NCBI GenBank assembly: GCA_963674755.2
Contig: CAXXVS010000002.1
Coordinates: 1,952,001 to 2,016,000 of the forward strand
Direction of reading: 5' to 3'
DNA: 64,000 nucleotides
Source of the DNA: Desulfobacterales bacterium
GTDB taxonomy: Bacteria; Desulfobacterota; Desulfobacteria; Desulfobacterales; UBA5852
The position numbers and the translations under genes were made by a program. A model generated the notes under the pieces. It made no database searches. It saw only the letters and a program-made list of their open reading frames with translations, and was not told where the DNA came from. Shown here piece by piece: positions 26,584-37,504 of this stretch. Every line of letters starts with the position of its first letter. Position 1 is the first letter of the stretch.

Positions 26584-28044
26584 ATGTTTAAACGATCCTT
26601 GCTTGCGTTGTGTATAATGATATTGATACCGGTCTGTTCACAGGCCGAGCCCACCTTCAAATCCGCCATGGTAAAGATCTTTACGGTCAGCAGTTTCCCC
26701 GACTATGCAACCCCGTGGAACAAGGAGGGACCTCAGTCGTTCAGCGGCTCGGGGGTGGTGATCGATGGCAACCGGATTCTGACCAATGCCCATGTGGTAA
26801 GCTATGAAACCTTTCTGCAGGTAAGATCCCATGGCCAGGCCAAAAAATATGATGCCTATGTCCTGGCCGTTTCCCACGAAGCGGATTTGGCGGTGCTGGG
26901 CGTCAAGGACCCGGCCTTTTTCGATGGAATCGAGCCGTTGGAGATCGGCGGGCTGCCGGAATTGCAGGAACCGGTGGTCGTGTGCGGCTTCCCCACCGGT
27001 GGCGATACCATGAGCATGACCACGGGGGTCGTATCGCGCATAGAAAACCAGACCTATATTCACAGTTTAATGGATATGCTGGCCATTCAGGTCGATGCCG
27101 CGATCAATCCGGGCAACAGCGGCGGCCCGGCCCTTTCCGACGATGACCTCATCGTCGGGGTGGCCATGCAAACCCAGGAACGGGCCAGCAACATTTCCTA
27201 TCTCATTCCGACGCCAGTCATCCAGCATTTCTTGACGGATATCGATGACGGCCATCTCGATGGCGTGCCCGAATTGGGCATTTATTGCCAACCCACCGAA
27301 AATAACGCTCTCAAGGAAAAACTGGGGATGTCCCCTGACATGACAGGGGTGCTGGTCAATCAAACCGTTCCGGATACCGCTGCCGCTGCAATTCTAAACG
27401 AAGGGGATGTCATTTTGAAAATCGATGAATTCGATGTGGCTTCCGACGGCACCATTGAATTCCGCCCCCAGGAACGAACCATTTTCAATTTTGCGGCCCA
27501 ACGCAAACAAATTGGCGAATCGGTTACGTTTGGAATTCTCAGAGACGGCAACATCCGAAGTGTCTCCATGATCCTGGAGCATAAGATCGGAACACATCGT
27601 CTTGTAAGAATCGAGAACGATAAACAACCCACCTACTATATCTACGGAGGGATGGTTTTTAATCCCCTGACCATCAATTATCTGGAGTGCTGGGGGGATA
27701 GTTGGTGGGATGAGGCCCCCAAGGCGCTGCTATCCCATTTACAGCGGAACTGGAAAAAGCCTGGGCAGGAAGAAATCGTTGTCTTGAACAGGGTGCTTCC
27801 GATTGAGGAAAATGTGGGCTATCATGATATCAATGACGTGCAAGTCGTCTCGATCAACGGCAAAAATATCACACGCATGAAAGACGTGGTCGAAATCATA
27901 GACCATAATACAACCGAGTACGTCGATATCTTGACCGCCAAGGGGTCGCACATCATTCTGAAAAGCAAAGATCGTATGAACGCCCAAAAGTCCATAAAAA
28001 CAATCTACGATATCAAATCAGACATCTCGGGCGATCTTCTTTAG
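26584..28044 (+). CDS. Exported Deg/HtrA-family serine protease with PDZ domains
   Basis: Signal peptide; ILTNAHVV, DLAVL, DAAINPGNSGGP; C-terminal PTYYIYGGMVF region. Confidence 0.9.
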   Translation: MFKRSLLALCIMILIPVCSQAEPTFKSAMVKIFTVSSFPDYATPWNKEGPQSFSGSGVVIDGNRILTNAHVVSYETFLQVRSHGQAKKYDAYVLAVSHEADLAVLGVKDPAFFDGIEPLEIGGLPELQEPVVVCGFPTGGDTMSMTTGVVSRIENQTYIHSLMDMLAIQVDAAINPGNSGGPALSDDDLIVGVAMQTQERASNISYLIPTPVIQHFLTDIDDGHLDGVPELGIYCQPTENNALKEKLGMSPDMTGVLVNQTVPDTAAAAILNEGDVILKIDEFDVASDGTIEFRPQERTIFNFAAQRKQIGESVTFGILRDGNIRSVSMILEHKIGTHRLVRIENDKQPTYYIYGGMVFNPLTINYLECWGDSWWDEAPKALLSHLQRNWKKPGQEEIVVLNRVLPIEENVGYHDINDVQVVSINGKNITRMKDVVEIIDHNTTEYVDILTAKGSHIILKSKDRMNAQKSIKTIYDIKSDISGDLL

Positions 28045-28362
28045 ACCCTCCAGCAAAAGCATTGTTTAAATCCGTAGGCGAAGAATGCCACCGCCCGGAT
28101 CGGGCACTCCACGGCGAACGCCGGGGCTACTTGGAATGCCCCGGCGTACGACGGATAGCCCCGATAGCTACATTCCGCTCTCACTCCTCAAATCAGCATC
28201 CCGACAAACCCGAACCCGCCAACGGCCATTGACGCAGACAAACCGCCTATCGCATCCCCAGAGACGCCCATCACCCGGGACCGCTGTCCCGCATGCCTGG
28301 CTGAGGGCTTCGAGATCGCCTATCTGAATCCTATGGGGAAGGCTGCCTTTTTTGCTCATCTG

Positions 28363-28394
28363 TTCATGTTTTCTTCATGATGGGGTTTTATTGT
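28363..28394 (+). promoter_or_regulatory. OmpR-type tandem box promoter 1
   Basis: TTCAT-N6-TTCAT-N10-TATTGT; same geometry at 39626 and 39836. Confidence 0.65.
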
Positions 28395-28475
28395 GGCGTC
28401 AAAATGGAAGTTGGGACGACATGGATCTTCTTGATGCGATCCTGTCCTGGCAACCTATCATTAGGAGGTATCAAC

Positions 28476-28871
28476 ATGAAGAAAAAATGGACCGTAATTG
28501 TTGCCAGCAGCGGTTTGATCATCGGCATTGCCGCTGCCGGGGCGAGCTTCGCAAATTGGGATGGCAGTGACATCCACAATGGCACCATCCGGGTCGAAAA
28601 ACAGTCCGAGGCGGACTTTCCTTCACTGGCCACGATCTCCACCGACCAGGCCGTCCAGAAAGCCTTGGCCACGGTGCAAGGCCAAGTTTTGAAAATGGAA
28701 CTGGAAGAGGAAAACGGCTTCCTGGTCTATGGCGTTGAAGTGGTGCGAGCCGACAAGGCTATCATGGATGTGAAGGTGGATGCCGGCTCGGGGGAAGTGC
28801 TCGCTGTGGAACGGGACAAAGTGGATGAGGAAGATCACGACGAAGCGAACGATCGGGACCGTGAGGACTGA
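28476..28871 (+). CDS. PepSY domain exported protein
   Basis: AGGAGG RBS; ISTDQAVQKAL...MELEEENGFLVYGVEV...VKVDAGSGEVL. Confidence 0.85.
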   Translation: MKKKWTVIVASSGLIIGIAAAGASFANWDGSDIHNGTIRVEKQSEADFPSLATISTDQAVQKALATVQGQVLKMELEEENGFLVYGVEVVRADKAIMDVKVDAGSGEVLAVERDKVDEEDHDEANDRDRED

Positions 28872-28977
28872 CAGCATAAGCGGCGCGCACCGCAAATCTC
28901 ACCAGCGCGTCCGTCGGGACGTATGGTTATGACGTGGGAGCGCGCCGCCTCAACACCTTTTTAGTGAGGCAGCCGCC

Positions 28978-29910
28978 ATGATCGAAATCGACAACCTTCG
29001 CCTGGCGATAAACGGCAAAGAAATCCTCAAGGGAATCGCCATGCACCTGCAGCCCGGCGACACTTACGGCTTTCTGGGACCGAACGGCGCGGGCAAGTCC
29101 ACCACGATCTTCGCCCTTTTGGGGCTGCGCCCTTATGAAGGCGGAAGTGTCAGCGTCCTGGGGGAAGATCCGGCCCGGAATGCCGTTGCCATCCGTCGTG
29201 CAGTGGGGGTGATGCCGGAAAAGGCAGGCGTTTACGACTGGATGTCCGCCATGGACTACCTCGAATGGTTCGGACGCTTTTACGCTTTTCAACCGAGCGG
29301 GCGCGATTTGACCATGATGCTGGAAAAAGTGGGGCTTGGAGAGGAGATGGGGCGGCCTGTCGGCACCTATTCCAGAGGGATGAAGCAGCGCCTGGCCGTG
29401 GCCCGCGCCATGATAATCCGCCCTCGGCTCCTGATCCTGGACGAGCCCACCAACGGGCTCGATCCCAAGGGCCGTCGCGAAATCCACGACCTGTTGGGGG
29501 AATTCGCGACCCGCAAAAACACCGCTGTTCTGCTGTGCACCCATCTGCTGGATGATGTGGACCGCTTATGCAACCGGATCGGGATTATCGACCATGGCCG
29601 CACCCGGCTGGAAGGCTCCCTTTCCAAGCTGCTGGCGCAGGAGGGCGGCGGCCGGCCGTACCGGTTGCGTCTGGGGTCGGCGCCCGACACCACCGATCTT
29701 CCGACCGGTGTTGCGGTGCTGGGCCACGAAGGCGGCTGGTGGCGTGTTCAGGTGCAGGGCACGCCGGCCGAAAATCCTTCCGCGCTGTGGAGCGAGTTGT
29801 GGCGGCGGGGCTGGAAAATGATGGAAATCCGCGCCGAGGCATCCAGCCTGGAGGATCTTTACCTGCGCCATACCGGCCCGGAAGGCCATCAATCGCAGGA
29901 GGCCGCGTGA
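28978..29910 (+). CDS. ABC transporter ATP-binding protein (ABC-2 type)
   Basis: GPNGAGKST, YSRGMKQR, LILDEPTNGLD, CTH. Confidence 0.93.
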   Translation: MIEIDNLRLAINGKEILKGIAMHLQPGDTYGFLGPNGAGKSTTIFALLGLRPYEGGSVSVLGEDPARNAVAIRRAVGVMPEKAGVYDWMSAMDYLEWFGRFYAFQPSGRDLTMMLEKVGLGEEMGRPVGTYSRGMKQRLAVARAMIIRPRLLILDEPTNGLDPKGRREIHDLLGEFATRKNTAVLLCTHLLDDVDRLCNRIGIIDHGRTRLEGSLSKLLAQEGGGRPYRLRLGSAPDTTDLPTGVAVLGHEGGWWRVQVQGTPAENPSALWSELWRRGWKMMEIRAEASSLEDLYLRHTGPEGHQSQEAA

Positions 29911-30665
29911 TGAACCCCATTTTGACCATTGCCCGCAACGAAAGCACCCAAATGCTGATGAGCCGCCGGGGCCTGGCGTGGCTGCTGACTTTCAGCGGAT
30001 TGCTGTCGGCCTTCAGCGTGCTTCTGGTGAGCAATACCGAACTAAGCCTGCTCGACAACGCCCAAGTGCTCTATATGATGACCGGAACGGTCCTGGCCGC
30101 CGGAGCGCTTGTGGCCGCCATCCTGGGAAGCGACGCCTACGCGGGCGAGAAAGAGCGCGGCACCCTGATCCCCCTGTTGTGCGCCCCCATCGCTCCCGAT
30201 GCCCTGCTGGCCGGCAAGGCCATCGGTCTGCTGGCCGCCTGGGGCGTCATGTTCATGACGAGCATCCCCTATCTTTGGGCGGTGGGCGCAAGCGGCCAGA
30301 ACCTGGGCGCGGCCGTTTGCTACCTGGCCCTTTTCGGCACGCCCGTGGTGCTCGGATTCGGCTACCTGGCCATGGCGGTGTCGTCCCGCACCGGCAGCGT
30401 CATAACGTCGCTGCTCACCACGATCACCCTGCTGATGCTGGCCGCCAGTCCGCTGTTGATCGGGCCGGGCCTGCGCGGCACCGCCATCGGACGCGCCCTG
30501 GACGCCATCAATCCGTTGGCCGGAGCCCTCAACACCTTCGACAGCGTCATTATCGACAGCGATCCGTTCACAGCCCAGACGACCCGGCTGATCCTGGTTG
30601 CCGTATGGCTGGTGATCGGCTTGCTTGCGGCCCGGCGCAGCGCCAGCCAACCGGTTTTTCAATAA
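29910..30665 (+). CDS. ABC-2 type permease
   Basis: Start ATG 29910 overlapping the upstream TGA; six TM segments, AGEKERGTL motif. Confidence 0.88.
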   Translation: MNPILTIARNESTQMLMSRRGLAWLLTFSGLLSAFSVLLVSNTELSLLDNAQVLYMMTGTVLAAGALVAAILGSDAYAGEKERGTLIPLLCAPIAPDALLAGKAIGLLAAWGVMFMTSIPYLWAVGASGQNLGAAVCYLALFGTPVVLGFGYLAMAVSSRTGSVITSLLTTITLLMLAASPLLIGPGLRGTAIGRALDAINPLAGALNTFDSVIIDSDPFTAQTTRLILVAVWLVIGLLAARRSASQPVFQ

Positions 30666-30677
30666 GAGGAGCTAGTC

Positions 30678-31214
30678 ATGAAAACATGGAAACGTCTGCT
30701 GGCGGCCGTTCTTATGACCTTCTGGTTCGTTTCCGTTTCAGAAGCGGCCCAGCCTCCGGTCTCCCTTATGCTTCAGCCCGACAACAGCAACCCCGCCGCC
30801 CCCATGATGGGGGACCACCTGCGGTTCTGGAGCACCATCACCAACACGGGATCATCGACCATCGATGGTCTGGTGGCGTGGATCAGCCTGGTGGAAATCG
30901 ATCCGGGCAACGAGCAGCCGGTGGATCTGGAAGACTGGAGCGCCCAGAAAGCCGTTACCGGCGCGCGCCTGCGGCCCGGAGCACACCTGATGACCGCTTG
31001 GCCCATGCGGCTGATCAAGGGCGGCGATTACCGGGTGGTGGTCAGTGTCACCGACCGCGGCGGCCGCCAGGTCTACACCAGCCCGACCATCCAGTTCCAT
31101 GTCCGGCAAAAACCGGTCCTCCAGGTGGGACGCGTGTTGCCGGTGGCCGCGGGGATACCCGTCTTCTTCATCGGTATGATGGTTTTCACCAGGAGAAGAC
31201 GGCGCCGCGCATAA
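30678..31214 (+). CDS. Hypothetical exported protein with C-terminal membrane anchor
   Basis: Signal peptide, beta-rich core (PVDLEDWSA), TM plus RRRRRR tail; GAGGAG RBS. Confidence 0.75.
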   Translation: MKTWKRLLAAVLMTFWFVSVSEAAQPPVSLMLQPDNSNPAAPMMGDHLRFWSTITNTGSSTIDGLVAWISLVEIDPGNEQPVDLEDWSAQKAVTGARLRPGAHLMTAWPMRLIKGGDYRVVVSVTDRGGRQVYTSPTIQFHVRQKPVLQVGRVLPVAAGIPVFFIGMMVFTRRRRRRA

Positions 31215-31220
31215 GGAGGA

Positions 31221-31835
31221 ATGACCATGTTTCATCAATTCGTTGTCTGGCTGGCCCATGCCGTTGGTCAGTGGGGATATCCCGGCATTGTGCTGCTCAT
31301 GGCCCTGGAATCCTCCTTTTTTCCGTTTCCCAGCGAGGTGGTGATCCCGCCAGCCGCCTACCTTGCCACCACCGGCGAGATGAACATCGCCATGATCGTT
31401 CTTTGCGGCACATTGGGAAGTCTTCTGGGAGCGGTATTCAATTATTGGCTGGCCCTGCGGTTTGGAAGACCTTTTTTTGAAAAACACGGACGCTACCTTC
31501 TGGTCAGTCCCCGGTCCCTGGCGAAGGCCGACCGTTTTTTCGAACGGCACGGACAGATCAGCATGTTTGTTGGGCGGCTGCTGCCTGGCATCCGGCAATA
31601 TATTTCCCTGCCGGCAGGCTTGGCCCGCATGAATATGACCGTCTTTTGCGCGGCTACGCTTCTGGGGGCGGGGCTGTGGGTGCTGGTGCTGGCCGGCATG
31701 GGATACGGGTTCGGCCGCAACGAACAACTGCTGCTCCAGAACCTGCACTGGGTGACTTTGATTTTGGTGCTCGGATGCGGCATGATCGTGTTGTATTACA
31801 GGCGTAAACGGAAGGGCCGATCAATCGATCGTTGA
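31221..31835 (+). CDS. DedA family membrane protein
   Basis: [32 protein letters not shown]. Confidence 0.92.
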   Translation: MTMFHQFVVWLAHAVGQWGYPGIVLLMALESSFFPFPSEVVIPPAAYLATTGEMNIAMIVLCGTLGSLLGAVFNYWLALRFGRPFFEKHGRYLLVSPRSLAKADRFFERHGQISMFVGRLLPGIRQYISLPAGLARMNMTVFCAATLLGAGLWVLVLAGMGYGFGRNEQLLLQNLHWVTLILVLGCGMIVLYYRRKRKGRSIDR

Positions 31836-32021
31836 CCATCCATCATGGCGTCGTCAGAAACTTTTCTCTCTATCACCAAAATCGGGAATTCCGATAGACC
31901 CATCGAGGCATTGACATTTTCGCTATTCAACCCAACTGTCTATGTGATCTGGCAATCGATTCCCAAGCATTTCCCACTTTGTAAAAAACCCCAAAAGATT
32001 CCTTTTGACCGCGAGGCCATC

Positions 32022-33407
32022 ATGAAGCAATCCATTCTGACGGACAGCCGTCCGCGTCTGCCGCTGCTGGCGGCTGTCTTTTATCTTCTAGTGGTCGGTT
32101 GCGTCGCCTATCACCCGGCCCCCCTGAGCCAGAGCATCGATTTGGCGCCGGATGTCGATCGACTTGAAACCCGCGGAACAGGATCCGATCGCCACCCGGA
32201 GCGTGGTCTGAACCTGACGGACGTGGCCATCATCGCGGTGCGCCAAAATCCCGATCTGAAAGCGCAACGCCAGCAATTGGGAATAAAGAAGGCGGAGCTG
32301 TTTGCGGCCGGTCTGCTGCCCGACCCCCAGTTGTCCGCCAACCTCGATCATCCCACCGGCAATGTGCCGGCCACGGTCAATGCCTTTGGTGTCGGACTGA
32401 ATTACGACATCATTCCGCTGATTAACCGCGGGGCCCGGGTGGAAAGTGCGCAACAGGCGGAGCAGCAGGCGCGCCTGGAGTTGCTGTGGCAGGAGTGGCA
32501 GGTGAGCCAGCGCGCACGCTCGCTGGCCGTGCAACTGGCCGGCGAACGCCAGCAAATCGCCTTGCTGCAGGAGATGAAAAACCTCTACCAGCGACGCTAC
32601 CAGCACTCGCGCGAGGCCGTGGCGCGCGGGGATCTCACCCTGGCCGTGGCCGGCACGGATCTGACCGCCCTGCTCGACACACTGAGTCAGATCAATCAGC
32701 TGGAACAATCCAACAACACGACCCGCCATGAATTGAACCTGCTGATGGGCCTTGCCGCCGATACGCCGCTGGAGATCCGCCTGCCGCCTGACACGGTGCT
32801 GCCGGAGACGCAAGCCCTGCACCAGGACCTTCAAACGCTGCCCCAGCGACGTCCCGATCTGTTGGCCCTGCAAGCCGGCTATGCCAGCCAGGAGGCCAAG
32901 GTGCGGGCCGCCGTCCTGTCGCAGTTTCCCTCCTTCAGTATCGGCGTCACGCGCGCGCGGGATACGAGCAGCGTGTACACGACCGGGTTCAATATCGGCC
33001 TCGATCTGCCCTTGTTCTCGGGCAGCCGGGGCGCGATCGCCATCGAGCAGGCCACGCGGGAAAAACTGCGCCAGGAATATCAGGCCCGTCTCGACCAGGC
33101 CGCCGTGGATGTGGACAAACTGGTCCGCCTGCAGGGCATCGTCGCGGCGCAACAGGAACTGCTCCATGCATACCTGCCGACTTTAAAAGAGCTGGTTGAG
33201 CGTGGCCGCGAAGCATACCGCAACGGCGATATCGACGCCTTGACCTTCCTGAATATGGAAAATACCTGGATCAACAAGCGTCTCGAACAGATCAGCCTGG
33301 ACCAGACCCAGCGCAACAACCTTATCGCCCTGCAGACCCTGTTGGCATTGCCCGACAATGGCGACGCCCGGACCGATGCGCTTTCACAAGGAGACCAACA
33401 GCGATGA
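32022..33407 (+). CDS. TolC-family outer membrane efflux lipoprotein
   Basis: VVGC lipobox; NPDLKA, AGLLPDPQ, RRPDLLAL, LDLPLF; start chosen at ATG 32022. Confidence 0.85.
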   Translation: MKQSILTDSRPRLPLLAAVFYLLVVGCVAYHPAPLSQSIDLAPDVDRLETRGTGSDRHPERGLNLTDVAIIAVRQNPDLKAQRQQLGIKKAELFAAGLLPDPQLSANLDHPTGNVPATVNAFGVGLNYDIIPLINRGARVESAQQAEQQARLELLWQEWQVSQRARSLAVQLAGERQQIALLQEMKNLYQRRYQHSREAVARGDLTLAVAGTDLTALLDTLSQINQLEQSNNTTRHELNLLMGLAADTPLEIRLPPDTVLPETQALHQDLQTLPQRRPDLLALQAGYASQEAKVRAAVLSQFPSFSIGVTRARDTSSVYTTGFNIGLDLPLFSGSRGAIAIEQATREKLRQEYQARLDQAAVDVDKLVRLQGIVAAQQELLHAYLPTLKELVERGREAYRNGDIDALTFLNMENTWINKRLEQISLDQTQRNNLIALQTLLALPDNGDARTDALSQGDQQR

Positions 33408-34429
33408 AACTCAAATGGATCCTCTATACGTCGGCCCTGTTGCTGATCGGTTCGCGCCTGTGGGCCCAGGAGCCCTCCGTTTTGATCCAGAAAGCGAAAG
33501 CCACGCAACAGCCGATCAGCGCAATCCTGGTCGTGTATGGCCAGGTACAGCCGGATCCCGATAGCGTACAGACCGTCTCTCTGCTGCGCGATGCGCTGAT
33601 AACCCGGGTGGCGGTGCGTCCCGGGCAGCGGGTCGAACGCGGCCAAACCTTGTTCGAACTGACCACATCGCCGAGTGCCCACATGGAATATCTGAAGGCC
33701 CGTGGGGCGGTCGATCACGCCCGGCGTGAGCTGGCCCGCCAAGAGCGCCTGTTGCGCGAACAACTGGCCACCAACGCCCAGGTGGAGGCCGCGCGCAACG
33801 CGTTGCAGGATGCCCAGGCCAGTCTGCAGGCCATGGTGACCCAGGGCCAGAACAGGGCCGGCGATCAGATAACGGCGCCCACGGCCGGGATCATCACCCA
33901 GCTGAAGGTCAAACAGGGCGATCGCTTGCAGGCGGGCATCGCCGTATTGGAGATGGCCACCGGCAACCGCCTGGTGGCCATCCTCGGGGTGGAGCCGGAA
34001 GACATTCAATGGCTGGCCCCCGGCATGCCGGTGAGGATTCGCTCGGTGTTCGTTCCGGACTTCAAGGCCGACGGTCAATTGCGTGAGATCCATGCCATGA
34101 TCAATCCGGCGACCCACCTGGTGGATGCCCTGGTCCCCATACCGGACGGTCAGACCGACCAATTGGTCCTGGGCAGCCGTCTGGTCGCCGATATCCATCT
34201 AAACGAACACACCGGCACGACCGTGCCGCGCAGTGCGGTCCTGCAGGATGCGCAGGGCCCCTATGTGTTTCGCGTTGTCGGCGGCCAGGCCCGGAAGGTG
34301 GCCGTCACCACCGGCCTGGAGAGTGATCAATGGATCGAGATCACCAGCGGTCTGAAGCCGGATGAGGAGGTCGTCACCGTGGGAAATTACGAACTCAAGG
34401 ATGGGATGGCAGTGCGGGAGGGCCGGTAA
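33404..34429 (+). CDS. RND periplasmic adaptor (MFP)
   Basis: VRPGQRVERGQ, ITAPTAGII, VPRSAVL, GLKPDEEVVT. Confidence 0.9.
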   Translation: MKLKWILYTSALLLIGSRLWAQEPSVLIQKAKATQQPISAILVVYGQVQPDPDSVQTVSLLRDALITRVAVRPGQRVERGQTLFELTTSPSAHMEYLKARGAVDHARRELARQERLLREQLATNAQVEAARNALQDAQASLQAMVTQGQNRAGDQITAPTAGIITQLKVKQGDRLQAGIAVLEMATGNRLVAILGVEPEDIQWLAPGMPVRIRSVFVPDFKADGQLREIHAMINPATHLVDALVPIPDGQTDQLVLGSRLVADIHLNEHTGTTVPRSAVLQDAQGPYVFRVVGGQARKVAVTTGLESDQWIEITSGLKPDEEVVTVGNYELKDGMAVREGR

Positions 34430-37400
34430 GTGGACTTTTCACATTGGGCGGCGGCCCATCGCCGATCGATTCTGGCATTGTTTACCCTCTTCGCCGTGGC
34501 CGGCGTGCTGACGGCCTTCCGCTTGCCGGTTTCCCTGTTTCCGCGGGTAAACTTCCCGCGCATCGCCATCACGGTGGATGCCGGCGACCGGCCGGCCGAC
34601 CAGATGGTCATCGAGGTGACGCGCAAGATCGAACAGGCGGTCCGCCCGATACCCGGCGTGGCGTCGCTCCGCTCGACCAGCACCCGCGGCAGCGCCGATA
34701 TCTCGGTCAATCTGGCCTGGGGAAGCGACATGGGGGCGGCCCTGCTGCAGGTGGAATCGGCCGTCAACCGGATTTTACCCGACCTGCCCGCCGGCACGGG
34801 GTTTACCGCCCGCCGCATGGACCCCACCGTTTTCCCGATGGCCGCCTATAGCATGACATCCGACACCCTCACCCAAGTGGACCTGCGCGACATCGGCGAC
34901 CAGCAATTGCTGCCGTTGCTGTCAGCCGTCGATGGCATCGCCCAGGTGGCCGTCATGGGCGGCAAGACCCTGGAATACCGGGTCGAAGTGGACCCCGTGA
35001 AACTGGACGCTTATGGGTTGGCCTTTTCGGATGTGACCAACGCCCTGAGCGCCACCAACGTCTTGCAGGCCGTCGGCCGCATGGAGGACCACTACAAGCT
35101 CTACCTTGCCATGTCGGACACCCGTATCCGCAATCTGAAAGACATCCGCAACACGATTCTGCGCAGCGGCGAAAACGGTCTGGTACGTCTGGAAGACATC
35201 GCGCGGGTGTATCCGTCCGATAAACCCGAGTGGCTGAAAGTGTCGGCGGATGGCAAGCCGGCTGTGCTCGTCATGGTGTATCAGCAGCCCAATGCCAACA
35301 CCGTGCAGATCGTCCGGGATATCCAGGCCCGCCTAGCCGAATACCACGACAAACTTCCCCAGGGGTTGACCATCGCCAATTGGTACGACCAGAGTCAACT
35401 GGTGACCGAATCGGCGGCCAGCGTGCGCGATGCGATTCTGATCGGCGTGCTGCTGGCGGCCCTGGTCCTGTTCGCTTTTCTGCGCAGTGTCAAGATCACC
35501 CTGGCGGCGATGCTCACCGTACCGGCCGCCCTGGCGATCACCGTCCTGTTGCTGTATGTTCTCGGGGACAGTTTCAATATCATGACCCTCGGCGGCATGG
35601 CCGCGGCCGTAGCGCTGATCGTCGACGACGCCATTGTGATGATCGAACATATCGTGCGCCGCCTGCGGGAGCGCGGCACCCGCAACGAACACTTTGTGCT
35701 GTCCATCCGCGAGGCGGCCATCGAATTCAGCAAGCCCTTGACCGGCTCCTCCATCGCCACGGTCATCATTTTCGTCCCCCTGGCGTTCCTCTCCGGCGTG
35801 ACCGGCGCCTTTTTCAAGGCGCTCTCATTGACCATGGCCAGTTCGCTGATCGTTTCCTATTTGCTGGCCTGGTTGGCGGTGCCGCTGCTCTCCGAACATT
35901 TGCTCAACCACAAAGACGCCGACCGGGAAGACAGCGGGAAGCTATTCCGCTATATCCAGCAGGGCTATAGCCGGCTGATGCAGCGGCTGATGCGGCGCCC
36001 GGTGTTGATTTTAACGGCGATTCTGCCTTTTCTTCTGGCCGCCTACATCGCCTACACCCAGGTGGGGTCCGGTTTCATGCCCCACATGGACGAAGGCGGC
36101 TTCGTGCTTGATTTTTTGTCGCCTCCCGGCACTTCCCTGGCCGAAACCGACCGGCTCGTAAATCTGGTCGAAGGGATCCTCAAAGCCAACCCGGCCGTCG
36201 AGACCTATTCCAAACGCACCGGGGGCGGCCTGGGCGGCAGCCTGCACGAATCCAACGAGGGCGACTTCTTCGTGCGGCTCAAACCCATGCCAAGACCGCC
36301 CATCGACCAGGTGATGGATCAGATTCGCGCTGAAATCGAGCAGAAGGTGCCCGGACTGGAGGTGGATCTGGTCCTGCTCATGGAAGACCTGATCGGCGAC
36401 CTGACGGCCGTGCCCCAACCGATTGAGGTGAAGTTGTACAGCGACGATTACCGGGAGCTGATGACGGTAGCCCCCCAAGTGGCCGGCGCGCTCAAGGGCA
36501 TTTCCGGCGTGGTGGATGTCAAGGACGGCATCGTGCTGGCCGGCGACGCCCTCACCGTACGGGTGAACCGCAACAAAGCCGCTTTGGAGGGGGTGGATCC
36601 GGCCCATGTTACCGAACAGCTGCAGGCCTGGCTGCGAGGCGTCGTCACGACCCAGGTCCAGAAAGATGTCAAGCTGGTCGGTGTGCGGGTTTGGACCCCG
36701 GGCAACGTACGCCGCACGGCGGCCGATCTCGAGAAAATCCAATTGCGGGCGCCCGATGGCCATCTCTTCCCGTTGCAACGAATCGCCGCGATCGACACGA
36801 TTGTGGGCCAGCCGCAGATCACCCGTGAAAACCTCAAACGCATGATCGCCGTCACGGGCCGCATCAGCGGCCGCGACATGGGATCGACCATCCGCGAGGT
36901 CAAACGGACCCTTGCCCGGCAGGGTTTGCTGCCGAATAGCGTCTACTATGAACTGGGCGGCTTGTATAAGCAGCAGCAGATCGCCTTTCGGGGGCTGGCA
37001 GCGGTATTCGGGGCCGCGCTGGGGTTGGTCTTTATTCTGCTATTATTCCTGTACGAGGACTTCGCGGCCGCCGCAGCCATTCTGGCCATACCGCTGCTGG
37101 CCACGGGATCGGTGTTTATCGGGTTGTGGATGACCGGAATCGAGCTGAACATCACCGCGATTATGGGCATGACCATGATCGTCGGCATCGTGACCGAAGT
37201 ATCGATTTTCTACTTCTCCGAATACCATGACTTGGTCCGCCAGGGAATGGATAGGGATCAGGCGCTGGTCCAGGCCGGCGTCAACCGCTTGCGCCCGATT
37301 ACCATGACGACCCTGGCGGCCGTTTTAGCGTTGCTGCCGCTGGCCCTCGCCCTAGGGCAAGGCGCGCAGATGCAACAGCCCCTGGCCGTGGCCATCATTT

Positions 37401-37486
37401 CCGGTCTGTTGGTGCAGACCCCGCTTGTCGTTACCGTATTGCCGCTGGTCTACAAGACGCTGTCCCCTAAAAAGAGGGCGACTTGA
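34430..37486 (+). CDS. RND efflux permease (AcrB/CusA-like)
   Basis: 1018 aa; LIVDDAIVMIE, RLRPITMTT, QPLAVAIISGL. Confidence 0.93.
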   Translation: MDFSHWAAAHRRSILALFTLFAVAGVLTAFRLPVSLFPRVNFPRIAITVDAGDRPADQMVIEVTRKIEQAVRPIPGVASLRSTSTRGSADISVNLAWGSDMGAALLQVESAVNRILPDLPAGTGFTARRMDPTVFPMAAYSMTSDTLTQVDLRDIGDQQLLPLLSAVDGIAQVAVMGGKTLEYRVEVDPVKLDAYGLAFSDVTNALSATNVLQAVGRMEDHYKLYLAMSDTRIRNLKDIRNTILRSGENGLVRLEDIARVYPSDKPEWLKVSADGKPAVLVMVYQQPNANTVQIVRDIQARLAEYHDKLPQGLTIANWYDQSQLVTESAASVRDAILIGVLLAALVLFAFLRSVKITLAAMLTVPAALAITVLLLYVLGDSFNIMTLGGMAAAVALIVDDAIVMIEHIVRRLRERGTRNEHFVLSIREAAIEFSKPLTGSSIATVIIFVPLAFLSGVTGAFFKALSLTMASSLIVSYLLAWLAVPLLSEHLLNHKDADREDSGKLFRYIQQGYSRLMQRLMRRPVLILTAILPFLLAAYIAYTQVGSGFMPHMDEGGFVLDFLSPPGTSLAETDRLVNLVEGILKANPAVETYSKRTGGGLGGSLHESNEGDFFVRLKPMPRPPIDQVMDQIRAEIEQKVPGLEVDLVLLMEDLIGDLTAVPQPIEVKLYSDDYRELMTVAPQVAGALKGISGVVDVKDGIVLAGDALTVRVNRNKAALEGVDPAHVTEQLQAWLRGVVTTQVQKDVKLVGVRVWTPGNVRRTAADLEKIQLRAPDGHLFPLQRIAAIDTIVGQPQITRENLKRMIAVTGRISGRDMGSTIREVKRTLARQGLLPNSVYYELGGLYKQQQIAFRGLAAVFGAALGLVFILLLFLYEDFAAAAAILAIPLLATGSVFIGLWMTGIELNITAIMGMTMIVGIVTEVSIFYFSEYHDLVRQGMDRDQALVQAGVNRLRPITMTTLAAVLALLPLALALGQGAQMQQPLAVAIISGLLVQTPLVVTVLPLVYKTLSPKKRAT

Positions 37487-37504
37487 AGGTCCGGAGGGCT
37501 GCCT

